From positions 96,001-160,000 of IMG/VR virus record IMGVR_UViG_3300035670_000014: DNA of 64,000 bases. The stretch is one strand, 5' to 3'. Made by a program: the position numbers and the translations under genes. Under the pieces are notes generated by a model that searched no databases, was not told the DNA's origin, and saw nothing but the letters and a program-made list of their open reading frames with translations. Source of the stretch: a virus. Shown here piece by piece: positions 19,291 to 29,749 of the stretch (its first letter is position 1; each line of letters opens with the position of its first letter).

Positions 19291-20447
19291 AGTGTAAAGT
19301 ACTCCATCTTTTTGTTTACTTTAAACGAGTCAAAGTTATCAATTATTGACTTAACTTCTTCAGCAAACTTGGCTTTCCTGTAATAGCTTATTGGAATAAT
19401 GGTACATCCAGCACAAGATTGAAAGTCACCTGATAGCAAGTTATACTGCTTCTCTAAGGTTTCCATAAGCAAGTTAGAGTCAATGAAGTATCCTCTATCA
19501 GAATACTTTTTGACTCTTACATGAAAGTTAAGAATATTAGAATGATAAGGATTTATAACTAAAGTTTTCGACTCATTGTCTTCATAGAATGAATCAACGC
19601 AATTGACTTCACCATTGTAATAGTAGGCACTTACACAAGTAAAGTCATAGGTTTCAATCAAGTTATAAGGAGAAAGTATAAGTCTCCTAAGAGGATTTAA
19701 CATGTAATAATGAGTAAAAACTTGCTGTGATGGAGTACGAACTTTAGAAAAGAAATATGAATAAAACACTGAAATTATGTATTCAAGCTTTTCCTCGGGG
19801 AATGGAAGATTGAAAGAATTAATTTTACTGCTAAGAGTAGTAAAAGAAAGATCTCCTATAGGAGTAATTAATGTATCGTCAGTATCTGGGGTCAAATTAG
19901 AAACAGTAAAGAAATAATCAATAGGTTTTTCTGGAGGAAAAATATTCATCAGAGATTTAGAATTAAGTGCTATTACCTGAATGTGTACAGATTCAATTTC
20001 ACTTAAAACAACCTCCAAAGAGATTAGTCCAGAATTTCTAAGTTCCTGATTTCTATTTACACCAGCTGTATCTTCAAAAAAAGTAGAAACAATATAAGTA
20101 TCTACTTTATCTTCAGATTTAGAGTTATTAGAATGAATCTTAAGCTTAGAGTTAGGATATTTCTCAGCAATAAATTCAATCAAGAGCTTAAAAATAAATC
20201 CTCTTCCATTAGGAGTATAAGAGAAGCTTAAGTCCATAATGTATAAGTCCCAGTCATTAACTGGAGTATCATTCCATACGGAAGTTAGACTGCCACCTGA
20301 TAAAGCCAAAGCTGGGTAAGAAGATTCACCTAAAAAATCTTTAAATTTAGAATATTCAATAATAGGATTAACAACTTCAGCGAAGTGTTTATTTTTATTA
20401 AGTTTATCTAACAGAATTTTGTTGTTAGCTTGTTTCTCAAAATACAT
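19287..20447 (-). CDS. Pol-beta-type nucleotidyltransferase (CCA-adding/poly(A) polymerase head-like)
   Basis: LSGGS...NDWDLY, YDFTCV, R.KKY..RGY. Confidence 0.7.
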   Translation of the reverse strand: MYFEKQANNKILLDKLNKNKHFAEVVNPIIEYSKFKDFLGESSYPALALSGGSLTSVWNDTPVNDWDLYIMDLSFSYTPNGRGFIFKLLIEFIAEKYPNSKLKIHSNNSKSEDKVDTYIVSTFFEDTAGVNRNQELRNSGLISLEVVLSEIESVHIQVIALNSKSLMNIFPPEKPIDYFFTVSNLTPDTDDTLITPIGDLSFTTLSSKINSFNLPFPEEKLEYIISVFYSYFFSKVRTPSQQVFTHYYMLNPLRRLILSPYNLIETYDFTCVSAYYYNGEVNCVDSFYEDNESKTLVINPYHSNILNFHVRVKKYSDRGYFIDSNLLMETLEKQYNLLSGDFQSCAGCTIIPISYYRKAKFAEEVKSIIDNFDSFKVNKKMEYFTL

Positions 20448-20479
20448 TCAGTTAGTCCTACTATTGATATAGTTTAAAG

Positions 20480-20698
20480 TTAAAGTTTCTTATTTATTTC
20501 AAGGATGTTATCTTGGAGATCAGATATAGCTTGCCATAGCATTTTAATTTCTTCATCAGAAGAGCTCCTATTGCTCATTAGCTGAGGAAACTCAGGAACA
20601 AATACCATTGACACTTCATTCTGGAAGATGCTTTGATAAATCCAGCCGTTGGGAACTTTAAAGCGAGCCAAATATTTGTCTACTTTTTCGTATTCCAT
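20480..20698 (-). CDS. hypothetical protein
   Basis: ORF with GAGG RBS; RFKVPNGWIY...MVFVP. Confidence 0.55.
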   Translation of the reverse strand: MEYEKVDKYLARFKVPNGWIYQSIFQNEVSMVFVPEFPQLMSNRSSSDEEIKMLWQAISDLQDNILEINKKL

Positions 20699-20726
20699 TT
20701 ACCCTCTTAGATTGCGATTGGAGCAA

Positions 20727-20799
20727 TGTATCTGTCGGGACTCGAACCCGAAATCAGTAAATTAAAAGTTTACTGCCTTACCAATTAGGCCACAGATAC
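20727..20799 (-). tRNA. tRNA-Lys(TTT)
   Basis: Cloverleaf; GTAAA-CTTTTAA-TTTAC. Confidence 0.93.
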
Positions 20800-20812
20800 A
20801 AATAAAGAAAAA

Positions 20813-20895
20813 TGCCCAGAGCGGGACTCGAACCCGCAAGGCCCTAAGGCCGGGGGATTTTAAGTCCCCTGCGTCTACCATTTCGCCATCCCGGC
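20813..20895 (-). tRNA. tRNA-Leu(TAA), copy 1
   Basis: Cloverleaf with long variable arm; GGGGA-CTTAAAA-TCCCC; one acceptor-stem mismatch. Confidence 0.88.
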
Positions 20896-20926
20896 ATTTA
20901 CCCCAGTGAGCGGGGTGTTCTATCTA

Positions 20927-22084
20927 TCACAAGCGGATGGGCATGACAACTGCCATCTTGTCACCTGATTCATCCTGAAACAGGATCGGTGAAAGGGAAT
21001 TTTCCGCATACATCAAGACCTTATCATACCCCTTCAACGCATCCATCATGTAGTTTACGTTGACGGCGAATTTAGCGGCCTTGTGTTCTGCAAGGTAACC
21101 GCCTTGAATTATGATTTCGTGATCCTGCGTAAATAGGGTGTCTTCGGACACAACGCCGATAGAAATCTTCATTTCGTTATTTTCAGCAACGACACTCACG
21201 CATTTATACTTCTTATCCACTAGCCGCGAAAGGGTCTTGAACGCATCTAAGGCAACCTTTGCTGATCCCGCAAACACAGGAGATTTGTAATAGGGGATTA
21301 CCTGATTATAGTTTGGGAACGACATGGTATCGTCCCCCTTAATACGGATTTCGTACCCGTCAAATCCCGTGAATGAGTTATCGTCCCATATGATAGACGC
21401 ACGGGTACCGTTTTTACGCACCGTGGGATCAAACCGATATTGCGCGTTTTCTATGCCGGAAAACAGATTCCACACGTCCCGTGGAATTAGGTAGGTATCC
21501 GCCGTGTCATCTTCTGATCTGGTAGATGCGTTGGAGGGTGTTATCACCGCGTCTTTTTTTAGGGACTTGAATTCGAGTCAATCGGTGTCCGTCCGTTGAA
21601 ACGAGTGCCATCTTCCCGTTTTTCACTTCTGCCATAACATGCATAAGCGAGGGGAGGGATTCGTCCGCTGACACGTTAGACGCAACACTATCCGCATAAT
21701 TGCGAAAGGCTTTACCCGTATTTATCAGTACGGCGTCCGGTTGATCCACCGACGGAGGAATCTGGAAGTCCAAAGGCGGGATTTCATTCAACTGGTTGTC
21801 AACCGCAGGGGGAAGTAAATTGACTTGGGAAGTCAACGGGGATTTTTGACTCCGAAGCCTAAATCCCGTTTCCGTAGCTTCAATACTGTCAAACCCATTA
21901 GCGCGTAGGGAGTCGTGCAAAATCACCCCTAGAAAATTGGCATTTTCTGGAGCTGGGAGGATGTAGAACGCGGAAAATAATCCCGCATTTACACGAATCA
22001 CAGCCTTGCCCCTTCCGCCTTCACGAGGCATTTTGGGAAGGTGGATTTTTTCGGGATTAGGCTCAATAGGTGCTTTAATTGCAT
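20927..22084 (-). pseudogene. dnaN: DNA polymerase III beta clamp-like gene split across three reading-frame segments
   Basis: IPKKSTFP (from ATG 22084), LVSTDGHRL and C-terminal AVVMPIRL; frame changes at a G4 run (~22010) and an A7 run (21554-21560). Confidence 0.7.
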
Positions 22085-22110
22085 GATTTACCTGTGGGGT
22101 TATGGTTGAT

Positions 22111-22563
22111 TTACCAGAGGACGATCTTGTAAATCGTTTGATTAGTTTGGTAGTCGAATGACTCAGACATCTGAATCATGCCTTCAACACACATGTGTGT
22201 AAGGTATGTGTGTATTTCGCCTTCGCATTCCCTGAATGAGAGATTCCGATCTGCCATTAATTCCCACGGGGTTAGCTTCTTCGCAAGCTCCTCTATTGTC
22301 CCTGACAAGCAGGCAACGCCCGAAATCATTTCCGCGTAATTTTTCGCACGATCCATGATTAGGGTCATGACCTCATCTTCGCGGGGTATCTTGGGATCGT
22401 TAGAACCCGCATAAGGGGGATTAGGGGAGTCAATTAGCTTCACGCTCGCAGGGGATTCGCCGTAGATTTTTGCCAGTTCACGGTACGCCTGTTCGGGTGA
22501 AAGGGCAACCCGCGAGACCTGCCCAAATAGGTTAACTTCGATTACCACTTGCAATATGTCCAT
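22111..22563 (-). CDS. hypothetical protein
   Basis: 150-aa ORF. Confidence 0.55.
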   Translation of the reverse strand: MDILQVVIEVNLFGQVSRVALSPEQAYRELAKIYGESPASVKLIDSPNPPYAGSNDPKIPREDEVMTLIMDRAKNYAEMISGVACLSGTIEELAKKLTPWELMADRNLSFRECEGEIHTYLTHMCVEGMIQMSESFDYQTNQTIYKIVLW

Positions 22564-22642
22564 GATGATTCTCGGTATTATTTCGGTAGGGTTATTTCGG
22601 TAGGATTCGGATAATCCCGTCGTTACTAACGAAGAGAAAGCC

Positions 22643-22900
22643 GTGGAAAATGCTACTTCGCCGTATCAGGAATTTCAAGGATATTGGTTACAGTATCTGT
22701 TGACCAAACACATCAAAGATAACGTGGTCGAAATTGCCTGCCTGTACGAACTCATGCAGGAGCTGATTTCTAAGCACAAGGGAAATCCGGAATTCGTCGA
22801 TTTCCTTTATCAGATTCCGGGCTATCGGGATCACATGACGTATCTCTACGACGAGCACGGGGATTCGTCCACATATCGGCAGTTTCTACCAATTCGGTAG
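22643..22900 (+). CDS. hypothetical protein
   Basis: ORF filling the gap; AG-rich RBS. Confidence 0.5.
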   Translation: MENATSPYQEFQGYWLQYLLTKHIKDNVVEIACLYELMQELISKHKGNPEFVDFLYQIPGYRDHMTYLYDEHGDSSTYRQFLPIR

Positions 22901-22908
22901 AATCGCCC

Positions 22909-23214
22909 CTACACGAATAGGGAACGTAGCGGGTGCTTCGAGTCTAGCAGTGAAGGCAGTCGATCTACCCCTCCTATCTGAATGGCGATTTCACGATTAT
23001 ACATCGCGAGTTCGTGATTTCGATTCTGAGGGTACATGAACCCCATCGCGACGTATGCGAAAACCGACGCGGCTTCTTCCGGAGTCAGATCCGCCGTATA
23101 CTCAAAATTCCCGTCGTCGCCGTCGTTGTTGCTGTCGGCAAGGGGGTCCACAGGCTGCAAAGCCTCTGCGAGAGAAGCTGCGATTGCCGCTGCGAGGTCG
23201 TTCATGTTCATCAT
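22909..23214 (-). CDS. hypothetical protein
   Basis: ORF with AGGA RBS. Confidence 0.55.
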   Translation of the reverse strand: MMNMNDLAAAIAASLAEALQPVDPLADSNNDGDDGNFEYTADLTPEEAASVFAYVAMGFMYPQNRNHELAMYNREIAIQIGGVDRLPSLLDSKHPLRSLFV

Positions 23215-23308
23215 CTTGTTTCCTAGATCAAAGGGCGGAAGTGCCTATCAGATAGACACCGCTTGTGGAAGATCTTACAAGATCCTAATGCAATACCCTA
23301 ATGCGAAG

Positions 23309-23392
23309 TACCGAGAGCGGGACTCGAACCCGCAAGGCCCTAAAGCCAGGGGATTTTAAGTCCCCCTTCTTTACCAGTTTGAACACTCGGGC
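23309..23392 (-). tRNA. tRNA-Leu(TAA), copy 2 (imperfect acceptor stem)
   Basis: Anticodon, variable and T arms nearly identical to copy 1; acceptor pairing poor. Confidence 0.7.
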
Positions 23393-23396
23393 GAAA

Positions 23397-23471
23397 TGCA
23401 CTCAGCCGGATTTGAACCGGCAACCACCGAATTATGAGTACGGTGCTCTAACCAGATTGAGCTATGAGTGC
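23397..23471 (-). tRNA. tRNA with CAT anticodon (probably Ile2; elongator Met not excluded)
   Basis: Cloverleaf with G1-C72 paired and no initiator GGG/CCC stem; tilS is encoded in the window. Confidence 0.85.
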
Positions 23472-23539
23472 AAATTAGCTAAATAAAGCCTAAGAAATTG
23501 CCGGAACGGCAATCGGATATTGACTTATATAGCCTCTTA

Positions 23540-25210
23540 TTAAAGATACATTTCTTCTTCAAGATCTGTGTTACCGCTACCATTACCATTAGTAGAAAAA
23601 TCCCCAGCACAACGACTAAAGCCACAACCTAGTCCAAATTTGACAAAGCTCCCATAGCCATGGCCTCTACCACTACCATCACCATGAAGATCTATAGATC
23701 CATGACTTGAGCTAATACCAGAACCAAAGCCAGTAAAGAGTGGCTGACCATATTGGTCGCCATTACCATGACCAGTTAGGTAGCCAGATGCCACCCCATG
23801 AGCAACTCCTGGACTTGCACCGCATAGCTTATTAGTGCCAGCTGAATTGCTTAATCCAGCACCATAGCCTGTTTCTGTGTTTTTATACACTATAAGCTCC
23901 TTAGGTTATTACTAATTTAGTAATCTTGACTTGAACCAGTGCAGTCCCTGACTCCAGACCCATGAGCAATACCTCCTCCTATTCCTTTCATGTTTGAAGA
24001 TCCAGGAGAAGAACCAAAACCAGCTCCGTAGCCTTTAGCGTTTTCTGTCAGATCATTAGATTGATTAGCACAACCGTAACCAGTACATTTATAATATCCA
24101 TCACCATTTGAAATTCCGCCTCCATAATTAAATGTAATATTTTCAGTATGAGTCATATGTGCCACAAAGAGAGAAAGAGTAAACAGAAGACTTAGTCCTT
24201 TCTGCGTTAGTAGGAAATTGATTACCAAATCCCATTCCAGTTAAGTCTTTATTACCTGGGGATGTTGCCAGACCATCGCCTTCTCCAGTTAAATTAGTTT
24301 CACCAAATCCGTGAGCAATACCATCTCCCAAGCCTATAAATTGATTTAGACAATAATAGTTATCAAGGCTACTAAGTCCAATTCCCTTGCAGTTCTGTGA
24401 ACCATATGAATTGGAATTTTGGAATTCAAAAGTTTCTGTCATGGTATGTCCTTCAAAAGATTCGGTCATTAGTTATAGCTGAGCCAGAAAGAGATAAATC
24501 TCCATGTGCCAGGTCGTCACCTCCACCAAAGCCCATAGGAAGTGAAGATTCAAAGCCTGAAGCTTCACCAATACCGTCTCCATAACCATTGAGCATGCCA
24601 TCGCCGGCGGCAAAAGCAATGCCCATACCATAACCTGATATATCAATAAATCCAAATGAAGAGCCATACCCCTTTCCATTTCCTGTGGAAAGGAAGTTTC
24701 CATGGCAATCACTTTCGCCATAAGCGTCACCTGAAGAGTCATCATAGCCATAGCAACCGCTATCGCCATTGCCAAAGCCTAAAGCCTCTTCATCACCTGA
24801 ACTATTGTTGTAACCATTACCAAAGCCGGTAAGGAATTTATTTCCACAGCCAAAAGATGAACCGTATCCGAGGCCATAGCCAAATTCTTTGTTATTATCT
24901 AGAGAATCAACCATAAGTTACATTATTCAGTTTCATAGTCATCAGCGCCTTCACCTTCACCATAGCAGCTACTGTGACCTTTAGCAGAGCTATAGCCACA
25001 ACTAAAGCCATTGGCGTTTTTACTTCCAAAACCACAACTCATGCCACAGCCTGAGCCTTGATAGCCGAAGCCAGCAGCGCCACCTTCGCCTTGAGCAATT
25101 CCATTACAACTGCTATCACCAGATGCATCCGATTTACCATAACCCCAGCCATTATTTTCACAATAGCCGTATTTATAGTCAAGGGAAAGGGTAAATTCAG
25201 ATTCAGTCAT
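23540..25210 (-). CDS. Array of five AT-rich Gly/Cys-rich (GxG repeat) small proteins: 23540-23890, 23917-24156, 24143-24442, 24453-24914, 24923-25210
   Basis: Consecutive ORFs dominated by G-x-G-x repeats with scattered Cys. Confidence 0.7.
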
Positions 25211-25754
25211 ACTTCCTCCCAAGGTGATTCACTACCGCTTTCGATTAGATAAGCGTGTGCTTCGCTTATATCATTGAACGCCTGAAAACCGTTTTTGATT
25301 AGATAGGCGTGAACTTCGTTTACGTCATTGAACACTTGAAGATCACTACTTGTATCTAGGCGTACTACTGTTTCCTTTTCGTCGTCTGGGGTATCTACGT
25401 TGATGGGCATAGGTGGGTACAGGTATATTACCCCTGCCTCAGTGACTGACCGCCAGCCTTTACGCAGCTTTAACATACTTCCTCCAAAGGGGATTCTACT
25501 TCCTCCCATGGTGATTTATTACCTGCCTTAATCAGTAATTCATGCGCTTCCAGAATACTGCTAAATATCAGAAACTCGCTATCACTAGCGCGTCGTAATG
25601 ACTTTGGATATGCCACTACCTCTTTTTTACCGTCTGGCGCATCCAGATAATAAACGTACCATTCGGAACCAGACGTATCTCTACCGGGCGGATACAGATA
25701 GGTTATTCCATCCTCAGTAACCAAATCCCATTCGTTACGTAATTTCAGTGTCAT
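25207..25754 (-). CDS. Two paralogous small proteins of the 'LKLR...EAHAYL...SPWEEV' family (25207-25476, 25470-25754)
   Basis: N- and C-terminal motifs shared with the 28031-28751 ORFs. Confidence 0.75.
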
Positions 25755-25926
25755 ACTTTCTCCCACGGCGACTCGCTGCCTCTAGGCGAGGGTGCGACGT
25801 ACCTAACCACCTCGCGCCAAACCGGCGAAAAGCAATCTCAAGCATTTCTGCCTGAAGCTCGGCCTGTGATTTTGACCGCACTTCGTCAAGCAGTCGATCT
25901 ATGAGCTGCTTCGTTTCGGTGCTCAT
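25735..25926 (-). CDS. small hypothetical protein (MSTETKQ...)
   Basis: GGAGG RBS inside the repeated junction motif. Confidence 0.5.
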   Translation of the reverse strand: MSTETKQLIDRLLDEVRSKSQAELQAEMLEIAFRRFGARWLGTSHPRLEAASRRGRKYDTEIT

Positions 25927-26029
25927 ACTGCCTCCCATGGCGATTCGTCGCCGCAGCCGTTGCCGCTGCCGTCGCGGCCACTGCTGTAGCCGTAGCCGCA
26001 TCCTGTCTGTGTATTATTCTGAGTCATCG

Positions 26030-26539
26030 TCATCGCGAGTACCCGAGTTCCCGCAAGCGAATCAATATCATATACGCGGACACATCGAAGTCGCGCGCCA
26101 GCTGGTTACCGTCCACCATCCCACGCACCCGGATGGCTGCATGCATGTAGTCGGTCGGCATAAGGAAGCTGGTAGCAAACCGATTAGCCTGTCGTTCCTG
26201 GATGGGGTCACCGCTTCCCCGAAGTTCGGTGTCTCGAAATACCAGACCGATGGGGTGCAGGAGGATGTGCCCAAGTTCGTGCGCCATCGTGAACCGCTGG
26301 CGTTGGTGCGAATCGCCAGCCCGAACCCAAATCTGGCCATATCCAAGCACGTCGGTCTTGGCAGCGCCGGCCACGTCCATCACCGAGCGATAGACTGCGA
26401 TGCCCAAGGAGTTGCAGAGCGCCTCCACATTAACTGGCAGACCCTTGACTTGAAGCTGATTCAAAACCAACTGCGCCGCAAGTTGTGGGGAGTTAGTAGC
26501 CCACGTTTCCACTATGTTTTTGAGTTCAGTCCAATGCAT
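26030..26539 (-). CDS. ImmA/IrrE-family (M78/DUF955) metallopeptidase
   Basis: LPVNVEAL, RQRFTMAHELGH, ERQANRFA..FLMP, LA..FDVS; likely start MHWTE after GAGG. Confidence 0.88.
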   Translation of the reverse strand: MHWTELKNIVETWATNSPQLAAQLVLNQLQVKGLPVNVEALCNSLGIAVYRSVMDVAGAAKTDVLGYGQIWVRAGDSHQRQRFTMAHELGHILLHPIGLVFRDTELRGSGDPIQERQANRFATSFLMPTDYMHAAIRVRGMVDGNQLARDFDVSAYMILIRLRELGYSR

Positions 26540-27680
26540 GCCGACCTCGCGAGCTAGGTGTTGACTCGCTGCAACCGTATCCGCTGCTATGAGCGCCGCC
26601 ATAACCACTACCGCCGGTGTTGCCGGTGCCGTAGCCTTCACCGTATCCGTAGCCGCTGCCGGAGCCGACGCCTGTCTGTGTATTATTCTGAGTCATAGTC
26701 ATCATCGTCATCACTTGCGGTGCCATTGCCATAGCCTTCTCCCTCTCCAAAGCCGAAACCGTTACCGTAGCCATAGCTATCGCCGCTACCATAGCCATCA
26801 CCGCCACCAGAGCCGGTGCCGTAACAATAGCCTAATCCGTTTCCAGATCCGTAACCTTTGCCCCATCCGTAGCCATCGTCATCGCCATAACCATCGCCAG
26901 AGCCAGAGCCTTTTCCGCGGCCAGAGCATTTTCCGCGGCCAGATCCGTAACCTTTGCCCCATCCGCAGCCGAAACGGTATCCGTTGCCGGAGCCGCTGTC
27001 TATCTGTGTATTATTCTGGGTCATTGTCATCTCCGCAGCCTTCGCCGTAGCCGTTGCCTCCGCCGTTGCCGTCGCCGCGACGGTAGCCGCTGCCGTAGCC
27101 GTCTCCGGCGCCATAGCCATAGCCGTAGCCATCACCGCATCCATGGCCGCGACCGGGGCCACAACCATCTCCGCTGCCGTAGCCTTCGCCGTTGCCATAT
27201 CCATAGCCATATCCATATCCGCAGCCGTCGCCGTTGCCATGGCCATAGCTGTAGCCATAGCCGTAGCCATCACCGCATCCATGGCCTCGACCATCGGCGT
27301 ATCCTTCTCCGCAGCCATCGCCGCGCCCTGATTCGGTCTGTGTATTATTCTGTGCTATCGACATCGCCACCTCCATCGCCGCGACCGCAATCGTAGCCAC
27401 CACCGTAGCCGCAGCCATGGCCGTAGCCATCTCCTTCGCCGTAACCTTCGCCGTAGCCGTCGCCGTTGCCGTAGCCGACGCCGCCGCCGTAGCCGCTGCC
27501 GTATCCGCTACCGCTACCGTCGCCATTTCCTTTGACGTGACCTTCGCCGTTGCCGTAGCCGTGGCCGTCTCCGGTGCCCCAGCCGTAGGCGTAGCCGTAG
27601 CCGCCTCCCTCGCTGCCGTCGCGGCCACTTCCGTAGCCGTTGCCGTAGCCGTCGCCGCGCCCTGAAGTCACGGTGTCCAT
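26526..27680 (-). CDS. Array of GC-rich Gly/Tyr-rich (GYG/GDG) proteins: 27345-27680, 27011-27364, 26683-27024, 26526-26696 (plus 25923-26027)
   Basis: All but the first start with an M(T/SIA)QNNTQ motif that overlaps an upstream acidic DD..E-stop. Confidence 0.75.
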
Positions 27681-27967
27681 ACGGGTGCCCCCATGACACT
27701 AGCTGCACCTGCTTCGGAGCAGAGCACAATCTCCACCACGTCACACGAAACAACCGCAGCAACGACCGGGGCAACCTTGCTCTCCGCGTGACTCAGGCCG
27801 TTCGCGGCAATCCCGTGACAGGACGCTGCCCCGCTCCAATACCAGACCTTGCGCGCATCACGCAACACGCATGACTTGCTGGCAAGGTCCAGAGACACCA
27901 ATACTCCGACGTGGACACCCGCGCGGTGGTCCCGAACCAACACTGTCTTTCCAACAAACTGTACCAT
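27668..27967 (-). CDS. Conserved small phage protein (DUF6948-like), paralog of 30959-31267
   Basis: VLVRD.RAGVHVG.L...ARKVWYW.GAASC..IA; GAGGAG RBS. Confidence 0.7.
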   Translation of the reverse strand: MVQFVGKTVLVRDHRAGVHVGVLVSLDLASKSCVLRDARKVWYWSGAASCHGIAANGLSHAESKVAPVVAAVVSCDVVEIVLCSEAGAASVMGAPVWTP

Positions 27968-28030
27968 GATCTCTTCTCCTCTTGTTACGCCCGAAATTGG
28001 GCATTTTGCGAACCAAAATATGGAATGTAG

Positions 28031-28751
28031 TTAAAGCACTTCTTCCCACGGCGATTCGCTACCGCTTTCAATTAGATAGGCGTGAGCCTCATTCATGTCA
28101 TAAAATACCATATATTCTTCTTTCCCATTGGGGTATGCTGCTATTTCTTTTTCACCGTCTGCTATATCTAGATAATCGACGTACCAGCCGTTACCAGTGG
28201 TGACTTCCTCTAGAGGATATAAATAAGTTACTCCACGATCGGTAACTGATTTCCACCCTTTCCTTAATTTCAACATACTTCCTCCCAAGGCGATTCGCTG
28301 CCAACGCTCAGAAGGTAAGCGTGGGCTTCTTCTATAGAGTCAAATTCAAAATCATTCATACCGCCGTTGGGATACACATAAATCCCTTTGCTTTCGATTA
28401 AAGCATAGGCGTGCCCCCAGCTCTCCCCTTCCCGGTAAATCCGTTCATGGCCTTTTCGGTAAGGATTATACATTTTTTCAATTTTCCAACCCTCACGTAC
28501 TTTCAGTGTCATACTTCCTCCCAAGGCGATTTGCTACCAACGCTTAACAGGTAAGCGTGTGCTTCTTCGGTGGATTTACATTTAAATGAATCATTCCCAC
28601 CATTTGGATATGCATAAACAATTTTAGCATTTAAATCCATATAGACATACCAAAAAGGACCAAACTTAGGGCTAGTCCAGGGCGGGTAGAAATAAATGCT
28701 GCAATCTGTTTCCCAAGTCTTCCATCCTTCCCTTAATTTCAACATAGTCAC
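28031..28751 (-). CDS. Three tandem paralogs of the 'LKLR...EAHAYL...SPWEEV' family (28031-28276, 28270-28512, 28509-28751)
   Basis: Shared termini, translationally coupled junctions. Confidence 0.75.
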
Positions 28752-28781
28752 CTCTCTTGAAAGGATTAAGTGTTAAATGTT

Positions 28782-29105
28782 TTACTGAGCTACGTCAGAG
28801 TCTGCTTCCTCTTTAAGCATAAGTAATGCATAGCCAAGAATATCACCATAGGGTGACTCTCCAAAGGCATCTTTCCTGTTAGCAATGCGCATAAGCTTAT
28901 CAAAAATACGAGCAATAGTTAACATGTCTTTATACTGACTTACAGCAATTCCATTTGGATAAAGAATTTCAAGAAACTGCTGGGATTTACTAAAGCTACT
29001 TCCATAAGCTTCATTCTTTTGAGAAACAAGATTAGCAATAAATATTGCAATATTTTGATATGAGTTATTCATAGATTTTACTCTCTGATTACAAGTTAAG
29101 GCCAC
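28782..29105 (-). CDS. DUF1599-like (nucleotide-modification-associated) protein
   Basis: KNEAYGSSF, RIFDKLMRI, DILGYALL. Confidence 0.65.
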   Translation of the reverse strand: MALTCNQRVKSMNNSYQNIAIFIANLVSQKNEAYGSSFSKSQQFLEILYPNGIAVSQYKDMLTIARIFDKLMRIANRKDAFGESPYGDILGYALLMLKEEADSDVAQ

Positions 29106-29412
29106 AAGATTTTAATTCTTGCAAAGCAAGATATTCAATAAGACAATTATTAACAGACTCGTGGTCTAGTTCTTCATTATCAATCTTAGCTTTATTTATC
29201 ATAATAAAATCAGGGTCTTGAGTGTCTAAGGTTGCAGCAATGCACCAAGTATGAATACGTCTTGTATAAACAAAATCGGGGTCAAGAAGTGAAGTCCCTA
29301 TGTACTCTATATTAATAAAGTCACCAGGATTCACAACATTCTTCTCTAGAAGAGTAGAGATCTTCTTACTAGAGTATTTAATCAAGTTCTTTATAACATA
29401 TTCAGGCAGCAT
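29089..29412 (-). CDS. hypothetical protein
   Basis: ORF with AGGA RBS. Confidence 0.55.
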   Translation of the reverse strand: MLPEYVIKNLIKYSSKKISTLLEKNVVNPGDFINIEYIGTSLLDPDFVYTRRIHTWCIAATLDTQDPDFIMINKAKIDNEELDHESVNNCLIEYLALQELKSCGLNL

Positions 29413-29749
29413 TATAAGTCCTTTAGTTGGTTTAGCAAAATAAAATCTTCTATTTTATGAGTATACACCCATACCCATGGGTAAGCAGAGCTTACCAAGT
29501 CACAAAAGGCTAAATAAAACAACAAGTTCCTCGGCGGCGGAATATAACAATGTCAATTTTCTACTTCTTCTAGACTAAAATCTACAAGTTAGAAAAACAA
29601 TCCTTCTATTTTACCTAATAAAGCAACCTACCTAAAACAACCGAAGGTTGTTTCACCCAGTAACTATAAATCCTACTAACCCTAGATTCTACAAACCTAA
29701 TTACTACTAACTAACTACACCTAACACATAACGCATAGACATATATGCA

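Noticed and set aside
21553-21560. dnaX-type A-AAA-AAG -1 frameshift site
   Set aside because: The heptamer is not in the zero frame, and the required shift is +1.
23014-23486. Plus-strand ORFs over the tRNA-Leu/CAT region
   Set aside because: They overlap tRNA genes and a better-supported minus-strand ORF.
26683-27774. Ala/Thr/Met-rich N-terminal extensions and alternative ORFs in the ORF track
   Set aside because: Alternative-frame readings of the Gly-rich repeats; true starts are at the QNNTQ junctions.
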